From an uncultured Candidatus Entotheonella sp. (GTDB lineage: Bacteria > Tectomicrobia > Entotheonellia > Entotheonellales > Entotheonellaceae), in contig CBDCDA010000002.1 of NCBI GenBank assembly GCA_965215335.1, forward strand, positions 672,001-736,000: a stretch of 64,000 bases of DNA, in the 5' to 3' direction. Each line of letters starts with the position of its first letter. Positions within the stretch are counted from its first letter, which is position 1. The position numbers and the translations under genes were made by a program. Below are positions 62,170 through 64,000 of this stretch, piece by piece. A model generated the notes under the pieces. That model did not search any database. It was not told the origin of the DNA and saw only the letters and a program-made list of their open reading frames with translations.

Positions 62170-62520
62170 CTACTTGAAAAGCAGGTCCTTGAACAGAATC
62201 AGCGCAATCGCGCCGACGAAGCCAAAGACCACCAATGCATACAGCCGCACCAGCCAATTGCGCATCTGGCTTACGTCCAAATGAACTTGCGCAAAGCCCT
62301 GGTCCATCCGCCTTTCCAGACTGTCGAAGCGCTTGTCAACCTGCTCGAAGCGCTGGTTGAGATGAACAAGGTTCTGTTCCCGCGCCTTCTCGGCATCCGC
62401 CAACCGCTGGGTCATGCTGTCATAGCGCTGGTCGGCAAGCTCGTTCACATGAGCAAGGCCCGACTCCATGCGCTTCACGAACTCCTCGAAGTGCTCCTTC
62501 CTGACGAATTCTTCAGCCAC
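62170..62520 (-). CDS. Array gene 1: coiled coil plus C-terminal TM (tail B), 116 aa
   Basis: aggag RBS, GTG start. Confidence 0.8.
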   Translation of the reverse strand: MAEEFVRKEHFEEFVKRMESGLAHVNELADQRYDSMTQRLADAEKAREQNLVHLNQRFEQVDKRFDSLERRMDQGFAQVHLDVSQMRNWLVRLYALVVFGFVGAIALILFKDLLFK

Positions 62521-62625
62521 GTTGCTGCTCCTTGTCAGAGCGGACCGGATGGCCGCGGCCCCGGCCCACCCTGAAAACCAGGTGGACAGGGCTGCTGGCC
62601 CCGGTCGTCGATCCCTGTACGGGGA

Positions 62626-62856
62626 TCAACTGAAAAAGAACACCTTCACCATGGCCCCAATAGCAGCAGCCACGATGGTGCTCAACATCAGCAGGATGAT
62701 CCTGCGCTGGTCGTCAAACCGTTTCTCCAGGCCGTCGAAGCGCTGATTCATGCTGTCGTAGCGCTGGTCGGCAAGCTCGTTCACATGAGCAAAACCCTGC
62801 TCCATGCGCTTCACGAACTCCTCGAAGTGCTCCTTCCTGACGAATTCTTCAGCCAC
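62626..62856 (-). CDS. Array gene 2: tail A, 76 aa
   Basis: aggag RBS, GTG start. Confidence 0.8.
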   Translation of the reverse strand: MAEEFVRKEHFEEFVKRMEQGFAHVNELADQRYDSMNQRFDGLEKRFDDQRRIILLMLSTIVAAAIGAMVKVFFFS

Positions 62857-62942
62857 GTTGCTGCTCCTCGTCGGAGCGGACCGGATGGCCGCGGCCCCGG
62901 CCCACCCTGAAACCAGGTGGACAGGGCTGCCGGCCCCGGTCG

Positions 62943-63278
62943 TCAACTACTTGAAAAAAGCAGGTCCTTGAACAGAATCAGCGCGATCGCGCCGACGAAG
63001 CCAAAGACCACCAATGCGTAAAGCCGCACCAGCCAATTGCGCATCTGGCTTACGTCCGAATGGACTTGCGCAAGGCCCCGGTCCATCCGCCTTTCCAGAC
63101 TGTCGAAGCGCTGGTTGAGGTACACGAAGTTCTGTTCCCGCGCCTTCTCGGCATCCGCCAACCGTTGGGTCATGCTGTCGTAGCGCTGGTCGGCAAGCTC
63201 GTTCACATGAGCAAGGCCCGACTCCATGCGCTTCACGAACTCCTCGAAGTGCTCCTTCCTGACAAATTCTTCAGCCAT
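62943..63278 (-). CDS. Array gene 3: tail B, 111 aa
   Basis: aggag RBS, ATG start. Confidence 0.8.
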   Translation of the reverse strand: MAEEFVRKEHFEEFVKRMESGLAHVNELADQRYDSMTQRLADAEKAREQNFVYLNQRFDSLERRMDRGLAQVHSDVSQMRNWLVRLYALVVFGFVGAIALILFKDLLFSSS

Positions 63279-63382
63279 GTTGCTGCTCCTCGTCAGAGCG
63301 GACCGGACGGCCGCGGCCCCGGCCCACCCTGAAACCAGGTGGACAGGGCTGCTGGCCCCGGTCGTCGATCCCTGTACGGGGA

Positions 63383-63646
63383 TCAACTGAAAAAGAACAC
63401 CTTCACCATGGCCCCAATAGCAGCAGCCACGATGGTGCTCAACATCAGCAGGATGATCCTGCGCTGGTCGTCAAACCGTTTCTCCAGACCGTCGAAGCGC
63501 TGGTTGAGATGAACAAGGTTCTGTTCCCGCGCCTTCTCGGCGTGCGCAAAACCCTGCTCCATCCGCTTCTCCACGCCAAGAAAACGCTCGTCCATCCGCT
63601 TCACGAACTCCTCGAAGTGCTCCTTCCTGACGAATTCTTCAGCCAT
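63383..63646 (-). CDS. Array gene 4: tail A, 87 aa
   Basis: aggag RBS, ATG start. Confidence 0.8.
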   Translation of the reverse strand: MAEEFVRKEHFEEFVKRMDERFLGVEKRMEQGFAHAEKAREQNLVHLNQRFDGLEKRFDDQRRIILLMLSTIVAAAIGAMVKVFFFS

Positions 63647-63750
63647 GTTGCTGCTCCTCGTCAGAGCGGACCGGATGGCCGCGGCCCCGGCCCACCCTGA
63701 AACCAGGTGGACAGGGCTGCTGGCCCCGGTCGTCGATCCCTGTACGGGGA

Positions 63751-64000
63751 TCAACTGAAAAAGAACACCTTCACCATGGCCCCAAAAGCAGCAGCCACGA
63801 TGGTGCCCAACATCAGCAGGATGATCCTGCGCAGATCGTCAAACCGTTTCTCCAGACCGTCGAAGCGCTGGTTCACGCCTCGGTTCATGTCGTCGAAGCG
63901 CTGATTCATGCCTCGGCTCATGTCGTCGAAGCGCTGGTTGAGATGAACAAGGTTCTGTTCCCGAGCCTTCTCGGCGTGCGCAAAACCCTGCTCCATCCGC
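63751..64000 (-). CDS. Array gene 5: tail A variant, 5' end outside the window
   Basis: EQGFAHAEKAREQ..., two extra 11-aa NQRF units. Confidence 0.8.
   Translation of the reverse strand, partial: RMEQGFAHAEKAREQNLVHLNQRFDDMSRGMNQRFDDMNRGVNQRFDGLEKRFDDLRRIILLMLGTIVAAAFGAMVKVFFFS

Larger units (their letters stand above)
62043..64000 (-). repeat. Tandem array of spacer-plus-small-gene units (at least 6; continues past window end)
   Basis: Near-identical spacers at 62079, 62521, 62857, 63279 and 63647, each followed on the minus strand by (M/V)AEEFVRKEHFE. Confidence 0.95.

Noticed and set aside
63279..63386. N-terminal extensions (MIPVQGSTTG...) of array genes in the ORF track
   Set aside because: The frame breaks in spacers with the longer T-run, and a good RBS sits just before MAEEF
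63640..63670. Hammerhead ribozyme suggested by CTGACGA in the spacer
   Set aside because: No GAAA after a stem II (GAAG instead), and other copies read CCGACGA or CTGACAA
62043..64000. CRISPR array or diversity-generating retroelement
   Set aside because: Repeats are ~90-105 bp, the intervening DNA is paralogous ORFs, no cas or reverse transcriptase gene is in view, and variation is block-wise rather than adenine-specific

Overview
GC-rich bacterial window, heavily invaded by insertion sequences; no rRNA, tRNA or CRISPR array was recognised. Intact housekeeping and metabolic genes include an ErpA/IscA-type carrier, nuoA/H/G/I, a CCG-domain Fe-S oxidoreductase, iscS, thiD, nadD, ychF, frc, a HACL/Oxc-type ThDP enzyme, nudC, folC and class I lysS. 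They are interspersed with about ten IS copies or remnants (ISAs1, IS66 x2, IS4/IS701-like x3, IS5, ISAba1-like, ISAzo13, an ISAs1-type MITE) and several pseudogenes. Defence-type loci are an intact TerY-P triad (vWA, PP2C, kinase), a decaying operon of two BrxD-like ATPases plus an Lhr-like helicase, a NERD-helicase pseudogene, and hicAB with a dead toxin. The last ~9 kb looks like an integrated plasmid- or satellite-like element: primase-ATPase with GGGGAC iterons, CsgG-like lipoprotein, serine resolvase, and a tyrosine recombinase with a hairpin-rich leader. It ends in the best candidate for an undescribed system, a tandem array of at least 6 mosaic small coiled-coil/C-terminal-TM genes. 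Each fully visible unit is preceded by a near-identical ~86-105 bp hairpin spacer, and the array runs off the window end. All family assignments are by motif recognition only; no database search was run.
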